64,000 nt of DNA from a virus. Lineage: Duplodnaviria; Caudoviricetes. A model generated the notes under the pieces. The model was not told the DNA's origin and made no database searches. It worked only from the letters and a program-made list of their open reading frames with translations. A program made the translations under genes and the position numbers. This document shows, one piece after another, positions 7,650 through 16,347 of the stretch (the stretch's first letter is position 1; the number at the start of each line of letters is the position of its first letter). The stretch covers positions 9,772 through 73,771 of the IMG/VR virus record IMGVR_UViG_3300037067_001795; one strand, written 5' to 3'.

Positions 7650-8047
7650 CAGTGTGCTCCTCGCTGGATTATGTCCCGCCACATATCCCAGTCAACCTTC
7701 TTGACTCTGGCGGCAGGATGCGGTATGTAAAGCCTACGGCACGGAGGCTGATGAGCGCAACGGATCAACGTCTGCTTGGCCACCGTACCACAGACCAAGA
7801 GTAGATCACAGGTCACTCGCTGTAGGTTGCCACTCAGCCACTCAGGGTTCGGTGCTCCGTGGCCCCTAGCATTGCCTACAGCCTCCTTGCAGGCGTTGGT
7901 GCACCATAGATCCTCGTGCCCTAGTAGCCAGTACAGGCGTCTGCCTGAGTGGTTGTCAGGATTGATACGAAACATTCCTGGAGCCTTGCCTTCGTAGCCC
8001 CAGAATGTGTCTAGCACAGCGACGCATCGTGCGTGACTGTAGCTCAT
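7649..8047 (-). CDS. Divergent UDG-superfamily-like protein
   Basis: NHSGRRL, WCTNAC, LLLVCG, IPHPAAR resemble the UDG-fold elements of the neighbouring gene. Confidence 0.5.
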   Translation of the reverse strand: MSYSHARCVAVLDTFWGYEGKAPGMFRINPDNHSGRRLYWLLGHEDLWCTNACKEAVGNARGHGAPNPEWLSGNLQRVTCDLLLVCGTVAKQTLIRCAHQPPCRRLYIPHPAARVKKVDWDMWRDIIQRGAH

Positions 8048-8286
8048 AGCTCTGGTCCTATTGTGACTGTGAATCGCTGACCGTCAAAGCCAACAATACA
8101 CGGTGCAGTGATTATTGTCAGTACACCGTTCGCATAAGTCTGTGATGTAGGGATAGCCATAAGATAGGCTACTGCAAATTGCTCATCCTCGGTCAGTTTT
8201 GTGAGCTGACCCTGTGATCTATCTACGACGCCTTGCACCGTTGCATAGCATCGTCTAAGAAGCTGCTCGTGGAGGTCTTCTATCAT
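8044..8286 (-). CDS. Hypothetical protein
   Basis: 80-aa ORF with ATGA overlaps. Confidence 0.55.
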   Translation of the reverse strand: MIEDLHEQLLRRCYATVQGVVDRSQGQLTKLTEDEQFAVAYLMAIPTSQTYANGVLTIITAPCIVGFDGQRFTVTIGPEL

Positions 8287-8450
8287 GGACCAGCCTCCCA
8301 GGCATCGTTAGCATGGGCCACGGTGTGAAAGAATACCTCACGTGCCGCTAGCATACCAACGACGGTGATGGCGATCGTTAGTACCATCACGCCGATACGG
8401 TACAGGATGGGGTGTATGTCTACTTGGTAGTGTCGTCTCAATCTGCCCAT
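8283..8450 (-). CDS. Small membrane protein
   Basis: MGRLRRHY... with a hydrophobic segment IGVMVLTIAITVVGMLAA. Confidence 0.45.
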   Translation of the reverse strand: MGRLRRHYQVDIHPILYRIGVMVLTIAITVVGMLAAREVFFHTVAHANDAWEAGP

Positions 8451-8689
8451 GGTCTGCACTCCTGGCATGTGCAACCGTGTTGATGCCGAGCTGGTGGCGT
8501 AAGCTGTTTTACAATCGCCTTCGCTTCGTCCAGGGTCATGCACCCACGAATTCTGTTGACGCATTTACGACACACGTCACCACCCCGTGAAAGCATGTCT
8601 ACCCAGCCTACTGGATACTTTTCGTCTGGGAGGCTGGTATGATCTCCACATATATCACACGTGTAGGTTGTTGTTGACGCTCTGCCCAT
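8438..8689 (-). CDS. Zn-finger hypothetical protein
   Basis: CDIC, CRKC, CTCQEC. Confidence 0.55.
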   Translation of the reverse strand: MGRASTTTYTCDICGDHTSLPDEKYPVGWVDMLSRGGDVCRKCVNRIRGCMTLDEAKAIVKQLTPPARHQHGCTCQECRPWAD

Positions 8690-8692
8690 AGC

Positions 8693-8947
8693 CTATCCCT
8701 CACTGATGTGAACGTGTAGTGCGTCCTCAGACTGGAGTACGCTGGCACGTAGGCCGCGCTTGATGGCAGCAGCACGTAGCTGGATCATCATGCAGTGGGT
8801 CATGCACTGGTAGTGCTTGCCCTTCCTGAGGGAAAAACTGTTGCGGCGGAACCACGTGTCCCAGGGATGCCGCGTGAGCTTGCGTTTCTTCTTGGCTGCC
8901 ACGGTATGTACTCCTACGTGAGCATTCGTTTGATCGTAATCCGCCAA
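8693..8947 (-). CDS. Small basic hypothetical protein
   Basis: 84 aa, first gene of the leftward operon. Confidence 0.55.
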   Translation of the reverse strand: MADYDQTNAHVGVHTVAAKKKRKLTRHPWDTWFRRNSFSLRKGKHYQCMTHCMMIQLRAAAIKRGLRASVLQSEDALHVHISEG

Positions 8948-9003
8948 CGCAACCTATTATAAATAGGCGTTTTGTGGGCCGCTACAAAATTTTTTGCTGG
9001 GGC

Positions 9004-9032
9004 TTTACAAGCCGTGCCTTGCACGCTATACT
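9004..9032 (+). promoter_or_regulatory. Sigma70-like promoter
   Basis: TTTACA-N17-TATACT. Confidence 0.55.
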
Positions 9033-9059
9033 GATGGTGGCGAAATATACTTACGTAAT

Positions 9060-9090
9060 ATACTATACTATGGTATACTACTAAGTTAGG
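9060..9090. repeat. AT-rich quasi-palindromic repeat, copy 1
   Basis: ATACTATACTATGGTATACTACTAAGTTAGG; 26/31 identical to 60417-60447. Confidence 0.75.
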
Positions 9091-9101
9091 GCAAGGCGCT
9101 A

Positions 9102-9130
9102 TTTACTTTTGGCTGTGCAACCCTTATAAA
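9102..9130 (+). promoter_or_regulatory. Sigma70-like promoter of the ParB-like gene
   Basis: TTTACT-N17-TATAAA; shares GCTATTTACTTT(T)GGC with 10848-10862. Confidence 0.6.
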
Positions 9131-9190
9131 TAGCGGCGTGGGTGACTGGTACGTCGCCTGAGAACTGGCTAAACCTAGAGGAGTACGATC

Positions 9191-10711
9191 ATGACTGTTG
9201 AGACTCGCAAGGTGCTCTACAAGGAACCGTCTGGGGAGATCAAGGAGATCACGGTAGCGTTTGCTAAGAAGCTGTTGGGTTGGCTGCCTGAGGGAGAGGG
9301 TGCTTCCAAGTTCGGTGTCAACTACTTGGTGCGTGACACGAAGGGCGTCAAGGTACGTTGCACCAACAACGTGAACAATCGTCCGCTCTACGGTAGTGTG
9401 GTGGCTACGCTGGAGCAAGAGATCCTTCGCAAGCGTTGGCGGTTCAACGGTGAGCCCATCATCGTGGGCAAGACCGGTACGTTGCTGAATGGACAGCATC
9501 AGCTTGTAGCCTTGGTACTGGCTGGTGAGGAGTGGGATGCCGACAAGGACAAGTGGGCTGAGTACTGGGCCACGGAGCCTACCATCTTCAAGTCCATCAC
9601 GTACGGTGTGGAAGAGGACGACGAAACGGTCAACACGATGGATACGTGCAAGCCGCGCACCTTGGTGGATGTCCTCTACCGTAGCGAGTACCTAGCAGGA
9701 GCACCAGCACGCAAGCGGCGGATCATAGCCCGTATGGCTGACCATGCTATCCGGCTCCTGTGGGAACGCACTGGTGCCGTGCTGGATGCCTTTGCTCCTC
9801 GGCGTACACACGCAGAAGCTACGGCGTTCCTTGGTGCTCACGCGAAGCTGCTGCACTGCCTCAACTTCGTATACGAGGAGGATGACGACAAGGGTCAGAT
9901 CCAGAAGTACACGACTCTGGGATACACGAGCGCTCTAATGTACCTGTTTGCTACATCGGCAACTGACCCCGTCTCGTATCAAGAAGCAGCCGTTCCGGGT
10001 GATGCCCAGTGTGACTTCAGCATGATGGGGATGGCCGAGAACTTCATCGTCTGGCTGGCTGATGGTTCCGAGGATGGAACGAAGCAATTGGTCAAGGCGT
10101 TCGCCAAACTCCACGAAGAGGGCGGCAACCGCACGGAGGAGGCATCGTTGCTCGTCAAGGCATGGGGCTGCTACTCCACGGACGAGGGGGTGACGGCAGC
10201 CTCGCTCAAGCTGAACTACACCGTGAACGACGATGGCTTCCGCAAGCTGGCCGATCTGCCCATCGTAGGGGGCATTGACATCGGTGATCCGAAAGCACCT
10301 GCTGACTCCATAGAGGCTCGTGTGGACAAGCCTTCCCTCAGGAACGGTACCGAGAAGCGTGCCGCTGAGGTAACCGCCAAGCGCAACGGCGACAAGCCTA
10401 CCACTCCCAAGGTGAAAGCACCGGCTCCTCCAGCAGAGCCAAAGTCTGCGATGGGCAAGGCACTCGCTGCAGCCACCACACCCAAGAAGACCACACCCCC
10501 TAAGCCAAAGAAGAAGGAAGCTGCTCTCGTGGGCAAGCTGATGTGGGTCAAGCCCGTTCGCCCCAACGAGGAGCCGTGGCGTGGTAAGGTCAAGGACGTC
10601 CAAGGCGGCACAGCCTACCTGATCATCAGCCAAGGGTTCCGCGGCGCAGGCAATACCGCCGCAGCCCCGGTCACAGCCCTGTCGCCTACGCAGCCCACGG
10701 TTGCCGTGTAG
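9191..10711 (+). CDS. ParB/Srx-like (DGQHR-type) domain protein with Lys/Pro-rich linker
   Basis: NNRPL...RWRFNGEPIIVGKTGTLLNGQHQLVAL; DTMDTCKPRTLVD. Confidence 0.7.
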   Translation: MTVETRKVLYKEPSGEIKEITVAFAKKLLGWLPEGEGASKFGVNYLVRDTKGVKVRCTNNVNNRPLYGSVVATLEQEILRKRWRFNGEPIIVGKTGTLLNGQHQLVALVLAGEEWDADKDKWAEYWATEPTIFKSITYGVEEDDETVNTMDTCKPRTLVDVLYRSEYLAGAPARKRRIIARMADHAIRLLWERTGAVLDAFAPRRTHAEATAFLGAHAKLLHCLNFVYEEDDDKGQIQKYTTLGYTSALMYLFATSATDPVSYQEAAVPGDAQCDFSMMGMAENFIVWLADGSEDGTKQLVKAFAKLHEEGGNRTEEASLLVKAWGCYSTDEGVTAASLKLNYTVNDDGFRKLADLPIVGGIDIGDPKAPADSIEARVDKPSLRNGTEKRAAEVTAKRNGDKPTTPKVKAPAPPAEPKSAMGKALAAATTPKKTTPPKPKKKEAALVGKLMWVKPVRPNEEPWRGKVKDVQGGTAYLIISQGFRGAGNTAAAPVTALSPTQPTVAV

Positions 10712-10748
10712 CCCCCTTTGCCAAGCTGGCCAGCCCGTAAAACCCTGC

Positions 10749-10774
10749 AACCCTCCCTAACAGGAGGGTTTTTT
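10749..10774 (+). terminator. Rho-independent terminator
   Basis: AACCCTCC-ctaaca-GGAGGGTT followed by TTTT. Confidence 0.75.
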
Positions 10775-10851
10775 CGTAGGCGCAACCCTTATAAATACCA
10801 AGGACTTACGACTACTTTCCAAAATCCGTGGCAAATAGCCGTCCCCGGCTA

Positions 10852-10879
10852 TTTACTTTGGCCGATAACCTACTATACT
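10852..10879 (+). promoter_or_regulatory. Sigma70-like promoter
   Basis: TTTACT-N16-TATACT, about 330 nt upstream of the first clear ORF. Confidence 0.55.
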
Positions 10880-11207
10880 GAGGGTGTAGTGAGTTTGGTC
10901 CTTGACAACTTGAACGGCGAACCTTCCGGGTGCCCCGGTGATGAATTGTGGCCCGCTCGGATCGGTTCCCCCCGCCTACGCAAGTAGAGGGAATCCAACC
11001 AAGAGCGACCGGTAAGGTAACAGCAGCCAACCGCGAGGACCTATGACCCACCTAGTCTGGTAGGCCTCGCCAGTGGAGCCCGTTGCAATCGCCTATGACC
11101 CGTCTAGTACGGCAGGCTTGTGCAAGCCAGTCGCTCACCCTTATGGGTCGCTAGGCTTGGCAGCCTAGCTTTGAAGAGGTGCCACGAAACCCTACTGGAG
11201 CAATACG

Positions 11208-11504
11208 ATGGCTGACATGACCAAGATCCTGCGCAAACTTCAAGACGGTCTTACTGTTGCAGACTTGATTGACGAGCTGCGAAACTACGATGAGAACGCC
11301 TTGGTTCTGTTCGCCTGTGACTACGGCGACCACTGCCACACACAACAGGCCCTTCCCATCAGAACCGTTGACGAGTACCACCTCGGCGTTCTTGAAGAAT
11401 CCGCCTATTCTCACTCTGGCGTGTCGTTCCGCGAACCTGATGAACGCGACGAGGATTGCCCCGACATGGACCGTTCCGTGATCATCCTTGAAGCCAGCCG
11501 GTAG
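11208..11504 (+). CDS. Hypothetical protein
   Basis: RBS GGAG; 98 aa acidic. Confidence 0.7.
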   Translation: MADMTKILRKLQDGLTVADLIDELRNYDENALVLFACDYGDHCHTQQALPIRTVDEYHLGVLEESAYSHSGVSFREPDERDEDCPDMDRSVIILEASR

Positions 11505-11514
11505 GAGCAACACC

Positions 11515-11760
11515 GTGACAACGCTCAGACGCCAGTGGGTCATCAACAAGATGGTCCCGTGCAACTGCGGATGCCATGGCCAAGACCCGTGGCACAAGAG
11601 CAACTACCGTCGCTTAGTCAACCAGACCAGCGACACCGAGGGGTGGGTCAAGATGCCCTACTCCACCAAGCCCGTGCGTGTTACTCGACGGGCCTACGAC
11701 GCAACCCACTTTGGTCCGTGGATCGTGGACCGTGACAGCATCACCTGGGACAAGGGGTAA
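11515..11760 (+). CDS. Hypothetical protein
   Basis: GTG start after AGGAG; CNCGCH motif. Confidence 0.6.
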   Translation: MTTLRRQWVINKMVPCNCGCHGQDPWHKSNYRRLVNQTSDTEGWVKMPYSTKPVRVTRRAYDATHFGPWIVDRDSITWDKG

Positions 11761-11764
11761 TACC

Positions 11765-12172
11765 ATGGCACGAACGAAAGTTGGCAACGGTTACGTGTCC
11801 AAGAACCACGAAGGCTACACGGTCTTCACGTCCAAGACTGGCAGCCCAGTCGGCAGCATCGCCAAGGGACTTGCGAACGCATACGCCTTTCGCTTGTTCG
11901 GCTGCTACGGCTGGCATCAGTCCACCACACGAGCCGAGGCCGTCAATGCCTTGTTGGACCACGTTCGCTCGCTCAAGCGTGCCAAGGCGTACCGCAAGGC
12001 TCACGCCAAGTGCCTGTGTCGCGAACCCAAGCGGCACCGCGACTGCATGTATTGCGGAAGCGGGTACTGGGGCGAGGTGGTCTGCGGCGTCTGCAAGGAG
12101 CAGGGCATCGACGGCAAGGTGATCCGGGGCACCGAGCGGAGGGTGTGTTCCAAGCATAAGGCCAGCCAATGA
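11765..12172 (+). CDS. Cys/His-rich hypothetical protein
   Basis: MARTKVGNG...; CMYC, CGVC. Confidence 0.6.
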   Translation: MARTKVGNGYVSKNHEGYTVFTSKTGSPVGSIAKGLANAYAFRLFGCYGWHQSTTRAEAVNALLDHVRSLKRAKAYRKAHAKCLCREPKRHRDCMYCGSGYWGEVVCGVCKEQGIDGKVIRGTERRVCSKHKASQ

Positions 12173-12384
12173 AATCCAAGCACATCACAACCAAGGAAGC
12201 CGCAGCGATCATAGGGTGCAACGCTCGCCACGTACGCTCTATGATCGCTGACGGTACACTGCCTGCCACTCGCCATGATATGCCGGGTGGCTATTACTAC
12301 ACCGTCGTAGAGGACCACGCTGTAGCCCTCCGCAACACCAAACAATCCAAGGGATGGCCGCGTGGCGTATCCCGCAACCAGTGA
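12169..12384 (+). CDS. Helix-turn-helix (HTH_17/excisionase-like) protein
   Basis: ITTKEAAAIIGCNARHVRSMIADGTLPA. Confidence 0.8.
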   Translation: MKSKHITTKEAAAIIGCNARHVRSMIADGTLPATRHDMPGGYYYTVVEDHAVALRNTKQSKGWPRGVSRNQ

Positions 12385-12413
12385 TCACACCACACACTAC
12401 CAGGAGCAAACCG

Positions 12414-14318
12414 ATGAAGAAGAACGAAATCAAAGTCAAGGGCCTCTACCGTGCCAAGGTCAGCGGCAATCTGGTCACCGTTCGCGTGGACGCCATCCGC
12501 GAGCGTTACAACTCGCTGACCAAGAAGGAAACCACGGTCTACGACGTGACGAACCTCACCACCAAACGCAAGACCACATTCCTGTCTGCCATGCGTTTCC
12601 GTGGGCCTGCTGCCATCAACGACCCTGCTCGCAAGCCCGTGGGCAAGCCGTTGGTTGAGGTGCTGGCGGAAGAGAAGCCTGTCAAGACTGCCCGCAAGCC
12701 CAAGATGGTGGTCGTGGAAGAGGTTGTTGCAGAGCCTGTGACGAAGACCTGTGGTGACAAGCAAGCTACGCTGGCCGACAAGCTGCGGCAACGCAAAGAC
12801 ACGGGTGTGGACAAGGCCCCCCACGTGATCGTGGAAGCCCGTGCCGGTACGGGCAAGACCACCACGCTCGTTGAGGGCCTGAAGCTACTCCGTGGCTTCG
12901 ACACTGTGCTGAAGCCATCGCCCCAGCAGCAAGCCGTGTGGGATGCGATCGGTCTCAGCAAGGATAAGGCGAACAGCGTGTGCTTCGTAGCGTTCAACAA
13001 GGACATTGCCGCTGAGCTGAAGCGACGCGTGCCGCAAGGCTGCGACGCCATGACGATGCACGGTATGGGCTTCCGCGCCGTAGCCCGTCGCTTTGAACAG
13101 GGTGGTCGCCGCCTGGAAGTCAACGACCGTCGCGTGGACGCCATCATTGCGGAGCTGATGGATATGCCTCTCAAGGATCTGCGGTGGAAGGAGCCCCTTC
13201 TGCTGAAGGCCACGGTCCAACTGGTCAGCCTGTGCAAGATCAACTTGGTTTGCCCCGCTGATGCCAGCCTGGACGAGTTGGCAGCCTACTATGACGTAGA
13301 CTGCAACGGTGACCGCCTCCGCGTCTACGACATGGTAGCCCGCGTGCTGGAGCAGTGCAAGCGGGTGGACCTGGACAACACGATCGACTACGACGACATG
13401 ATCTGGTTGCCGGTTGCGTTGGGTCTAAACACCTACATCTACGATTTGCTTCTAGTCGACGAAGCGCAAGATCTATCTCGTTGCCAGCAAGCCCTAGCCA
13501 AGAAGTGTGGTCGCCGCCTGATCCTGTGTGGAGACCCCAAGCAAGCCATCTACGGCTTCGCTGGTGCCGACGCCGAGAGCATGCCACGCATGGAACGCGA
13601 GCTGGCTGCTACGGAGCGTGGGTGCATCCACCTGCCCCTCACGGTTACCCGTCGCTGCGGCAAGGCCATCGTTGCTGCGGCTCAGCGGTACGTGCCTGAC
13701 TTTGAGGCCCACGAGTCCAACAGTGTGGGCATCGTGAGCAACAACACGCTCGTGGGCTACCGTACCAAGGTGGCCGACGGCGATATGGTATTGTGCCGCA
13801 CCAACGGTCCGCTCGTGTCCGAGTGCTTCAAGTTCCTTGCACAGGACCGCAAGGCCACCATCCAGGGACGCAACATCGGTAAGGGCCTGATCACCACAGT
13901 GGAACGGCTGAAGGCCACCACCATCATCGAGTTGATCGACAAGCTGGCTGCGTGGGAAGAGGTGGAGCGTGCCAAGGAAGAAGCCAAGAAGAATCCCAGC
14001 GAGGTGAAGCTGCAGAACATTACCGACAAGGTGGACTGCCTGCACGCCTTCATCAACAGCGGTGACATCAAGTCCGTAAACGACCTGATCACCAAGATCA
14101 ACAGCATCTTCACGGACAACGCTGACGTACAAGGTATTCGCCTCAGCAGCATCCACAAGGCCAAGGGCCTGGAGGCCGAGCGAGTCTTCTTCATCAACAA
14201 CAAAGATGCACCGTGCCCCCATCCCATGGCCAAGACTGCATGGGCCAGAGAACAAGAATCTAACCTCCTATATGTGGGAATTACACGTGCCAGAGCCGAG
14301 CTGGTTTTCGTTGCGTGA
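12414..14318 (+). CDS. UvrD/Rep-family SF1 helicase with extra N-terminal domain
   Basis: ARAGTGKTT, LVDEAQD, GDPKQAIYGFAGA, TRRC, SIHKAKGLE, YVGITRAR; RBS AGGAG before MKKNEIK. Confidence 0.92.
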   Translation: MKKNEIKVKGLYRAKVSGNLVTVRVDAIRERYNSLTKKETTVYDVTNLTTKRKTTFLSAMRFRGPAAINDPARKPVGKPLVEVLAEEKPVKTARKPKMVVVEEVVAEPVTKTCGDKQATLADKLRQRKDTGVDKAPHVIVEARAGTGKTTTLVEGLKLLRGFDTVLKPSPQQQAVWDAIGLSKDKANSVCFVAFNKDIAAELKRRVPQGCDAMTMHGMGFRAVARRFEQGGRRLEVNDRRVDAIIAELMDMPLKDLRWKEPLLLKATVQLVSLCKINLVCPADASLDELAAYYDVDCNGDRLRVYDMVARVLEQCKRVDLDNTIDYDDMIWLPVALGLNTYIYDLLLVDEAQDLSRCQQALAKKCGRRLILCGDPKQAIYGFAGADAESMPRMERELAATERGCIHLPLTVTRRCGKAIVAAAQRYVPDFEAHESNSVGIVSNNTLVGYRTKVADGDMVLCRTNGPLVSECFKFLAQDRKATIQGRNIGKGLITTVERLKATTIIELIDKLAAWEEVERAKEEAKKNPSEVKLQNITDKVDCLHAFINSGDIKSVNDLITKINSIFTDNADVQGIRLSSIHKAKGLEAERVFFINNKDAPCPHPMAKTAWAREQESNLLYVGITRARAELVFVA

Positions 14319-14385
14319 TTAGTAACTACTACGAACCGAGGGGCGGACCACCACGCCCCCCACCACACTACCAAGGACAACTACA

Positions 14386-14469
14386 ATGGAACGATGGATC
14401 ATCGAGGGCCTGAAGGTTATGGCTGCGTTCTGTGCAGGAGCCGCCTTCAGTGCTTGGCTGTACGGTTAG
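14386..14469 (+). CDS. Small hydrophobic peptide (27 aa)
   Basis: MERWIIEGLKVMAAFCAGAAFSAWLYG, RBS AAGGA. Confidence 0.4.
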   Translation: MERWIIEGLKVMAAFCAGAAFSAWLYG

Positions 14470-14482
14470 GAGCCACCCTATA

Positions 14483-14788
14483 ATGAGCGAACCACTCAGC
14501 GTCCAGTGCCCCACGTGCCTACGGTGGCACGTAGATCAAGGTAGGCGGCAGACGTGCCGGTACTGCGGTCTACAACCACTGCCCAGTTTCAGTTACAGCT
14601 ACGGCAGTGTTTTCTACCCTGTGATAGGAAAGGATCCAGCAGATGACGAAGCTAAGAGACTCAGACATAAGATCCGTGATCGTCTGGCTCCGGAACCTAC
14701 GCAAGCAGTACGGGTGGCGGCAATCACTGCGAAGCTTGAAGAAAGCCGCCGGAGAGCAGGATCGCGTGGCCGTCGTCCTGCTCAATGA
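14483..14788 (+). CDS. Zn-finger hypothetical protein
   Basis: CPTC...CRYC; overlaps the next ORF by about 146 nt, so its 3' end is uncertain. Confidence 0.4.
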   Translation: MSEPLSVQCPTCLRWHVDQGRRQTCRYCGLQPLPSFSYSYGSVFYPVIGKDPADDEAKRLRHKIRDRLAPEPTQAVRVAAITAKLEESRRRAGSRGRRPAQ

Positions 14789-14879
14789 CTACACCCACCT
14801 CGTAGACAACGGCCTTTCACCCTACCAAGCGATTCACACCGTGTTGGCATCGTGCTGCACGGACAAGCGACCCTCGTAA
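14643..14879 (+). CDS. Hypothetical protein
   Basis: RBS AAAGGA; 78 aa. Confidence 0.5.
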   Translation: MTKLRDSDIRSVIVWLRNLRKQYGWRQSLRSLKKAAGEQDRVAVVLLNDYTHLVDNGLSPYQAIHTVLASCCTDKRPS

Positions 14880-14894
14880 CCTAGGAGCTACGTC

Positions 14895-15092
14895 ATGAGT
14901 TTGAAAAGCTGCGTCGTCGACAAGAAGGCCAAGACCATCACCATCGTCATGGACTTGGAAGACCCGAAGCCCTCATCCAGTGGCAAGACCCTCGTGGTAG
15001 CTAGTACCCACGGGAACACCCCCACGGCTGCCGTCGTGGATGGCAAGCCCCTCGTGGTCGGCCTCAACGCCTACATCAAGGCTGCTGGCTAG
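14895..15092 (+). CDS. Small beta-rich hypothetical protein
   Basis: PSSSGKTLVVASTHGN...VGLNAY; RBS AGGAG. Confidence 0.7.
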   Translation: MSLKSCVVDKKAKTITIVMDLEDPKPSSSGKTLVVASTHGNTPTAAVVDGKPLVVGLNAYIKAAG

Positions 15093-15124
15093 CCTACGGC
15101 TGCCGTGTCTGCCACAGCTCCCAC

Positions 15125-15159
15125 GCCCTACTCGGCTCACGCTGGGTAGGGCATTTTTT
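15125..15159 (+). terminator. Rho-independent terminator ending the plus-strand island
   Basis: GCCCTAC...GTAGGGC followed by ATTTTTT. Confidence 0.7.
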
Positions 15160-15377
15160 GTTGGTATTAAGATAGTTAAGATGGGTAAGCTGGGGCGTAC
15201 CGTTTTTAAGGCCCCTGGGGGCTCTGTTTACGCGGGGGTAGGCCCTAGGCGTAGTTTGGGGCCAACCTAGGCCCTGTAAGCGGCAAATGGCCGACCCTGC
15301 CACGCCACAGGCCCCTCCCGCCCCTCGGCTACCGGGAGCAAGCGGTAGCCAAGGGTGCTAGGTGCTGCCTGGGGCAC

Positions 15378-16346
15378 CTAGGAGGGGGGTAACAAGGTAA
15401 GCAGGGCACGGCAGGCGTTGTCCACATCATCCTCCGTCATGGTCTCGGTCACGGGTAAGTAGAACACACTACGGCTGAGGCGGAAGGCCATAGTGTTCTG
15501 CCGGTTGAAGTATTCGGGTTGCTCGGTCATGGGCCTGAAGCCGCACCGTGCCTGGATGCCAGCCTCGTTCAGCTCGCGGACGATGTGATGCTGCATGGAC
15601 AAGGTCATACCTGGTACATTCACATCATAGACCCACACAGACTCTCGCTGGGGCATGTGCCAGGGTCTAGGGATGCGAGCGTCGTACCAGCCCTCCACGA
15701 ACTTGCGGTGTCGCAGATTGGCTTCCATGTGCAACAGGCTGTCTATGATCGGTGTGGCCAACAAGTCGGCGAGCCGGTAGTTGTGCCCACGTGGTCTATG
15801 GACAAAGTCGTGGTCTGGTGTGAAACCTAGACACCGTAGCTGACGGGCGAATACTGCCTTGGCTGCGTCACGGAAGTAGACTGCGCCACCCTCTTCGCCG
15901 TGGACCACCTTGTTACGGTAGAAGCTCCAACAGGCTGCGTCGGTGTGTGGATGTGGCTTGGTACCGTGCAGCTCTGCCATATCCTCTACGATATACATAC
16001 CGTGTGCATCTAGGGCAGAGAGAGCGTCCATGTTGCAACGGCGACCGTAGATGTGCACAGCCATGAGAGCCTGCGCGTGTGTGGCCAAGCGATGGGCTCG
16101 TAGTGGTGCTATGAGTAGATCACGGTCACAGTCCACGAAGACGGGCGTGTGGCCTGCCAGGGTTACGGCTCTAGCACATGCAACCATCGTGTAGTCGGGT
16201 ACCAACACGTTGGAGCCACGCTGTAGGCCACTGGCTTCTAGGGCAAGATGGAGGGCTGCGGTACCGCTACTGCAAGCTACCACGTTATCGGGTGAGCAGC
16301 CTAACCAGTCGGCCAACTTGTGTTCTAAGACTTGGTGGGCTTGCAT
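15378..16346 (-). CDS. DegT/DnrJ/EryC1/StrS PLP-dependent sugar aminotransferase
   Basis: SSGTAALHLAL, VEDMAE, SFYRNKVVHGEEGG, GHNYRL. Confidence 0.92.
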   Translation of the reverse strand: MQAHQVLEHKLADWLGCSPDNVVACSSGTAALHLALEASGLQRGSNVLVPDYTMVACARAVTLAGHTPVFVDCDRDLLIAPLRAHRLATHAQALMAVHIYGRRCNMDALSALDAHGMYIVEDMAELHGTKPHPHTDAACWSFYRNKVVHGEEGGAVYFRDAAKAVFARQLRCLGFTPDHDFVHRPRGHNYRLADLLATPIIDSLLHMEANLRHRKFVEGWYDARIPRPWHMPQRESVWVYDVNVPGMTLSMQHHIVRELNEAGIQARCGFRPMTEQPEYFNRQNTMAFRLSRSVFYLPVTETMTEDDVDNACRALLTLLPPS

Positions 16347-16347
16347 A

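Noticed and set aside
15190-15375. GC-rich stretch with CTAGGCCCT repeats between convergent operons
   Set aside because: Only two short copies and no consistent period or fold; could be a packaging or terminus region but unsupported
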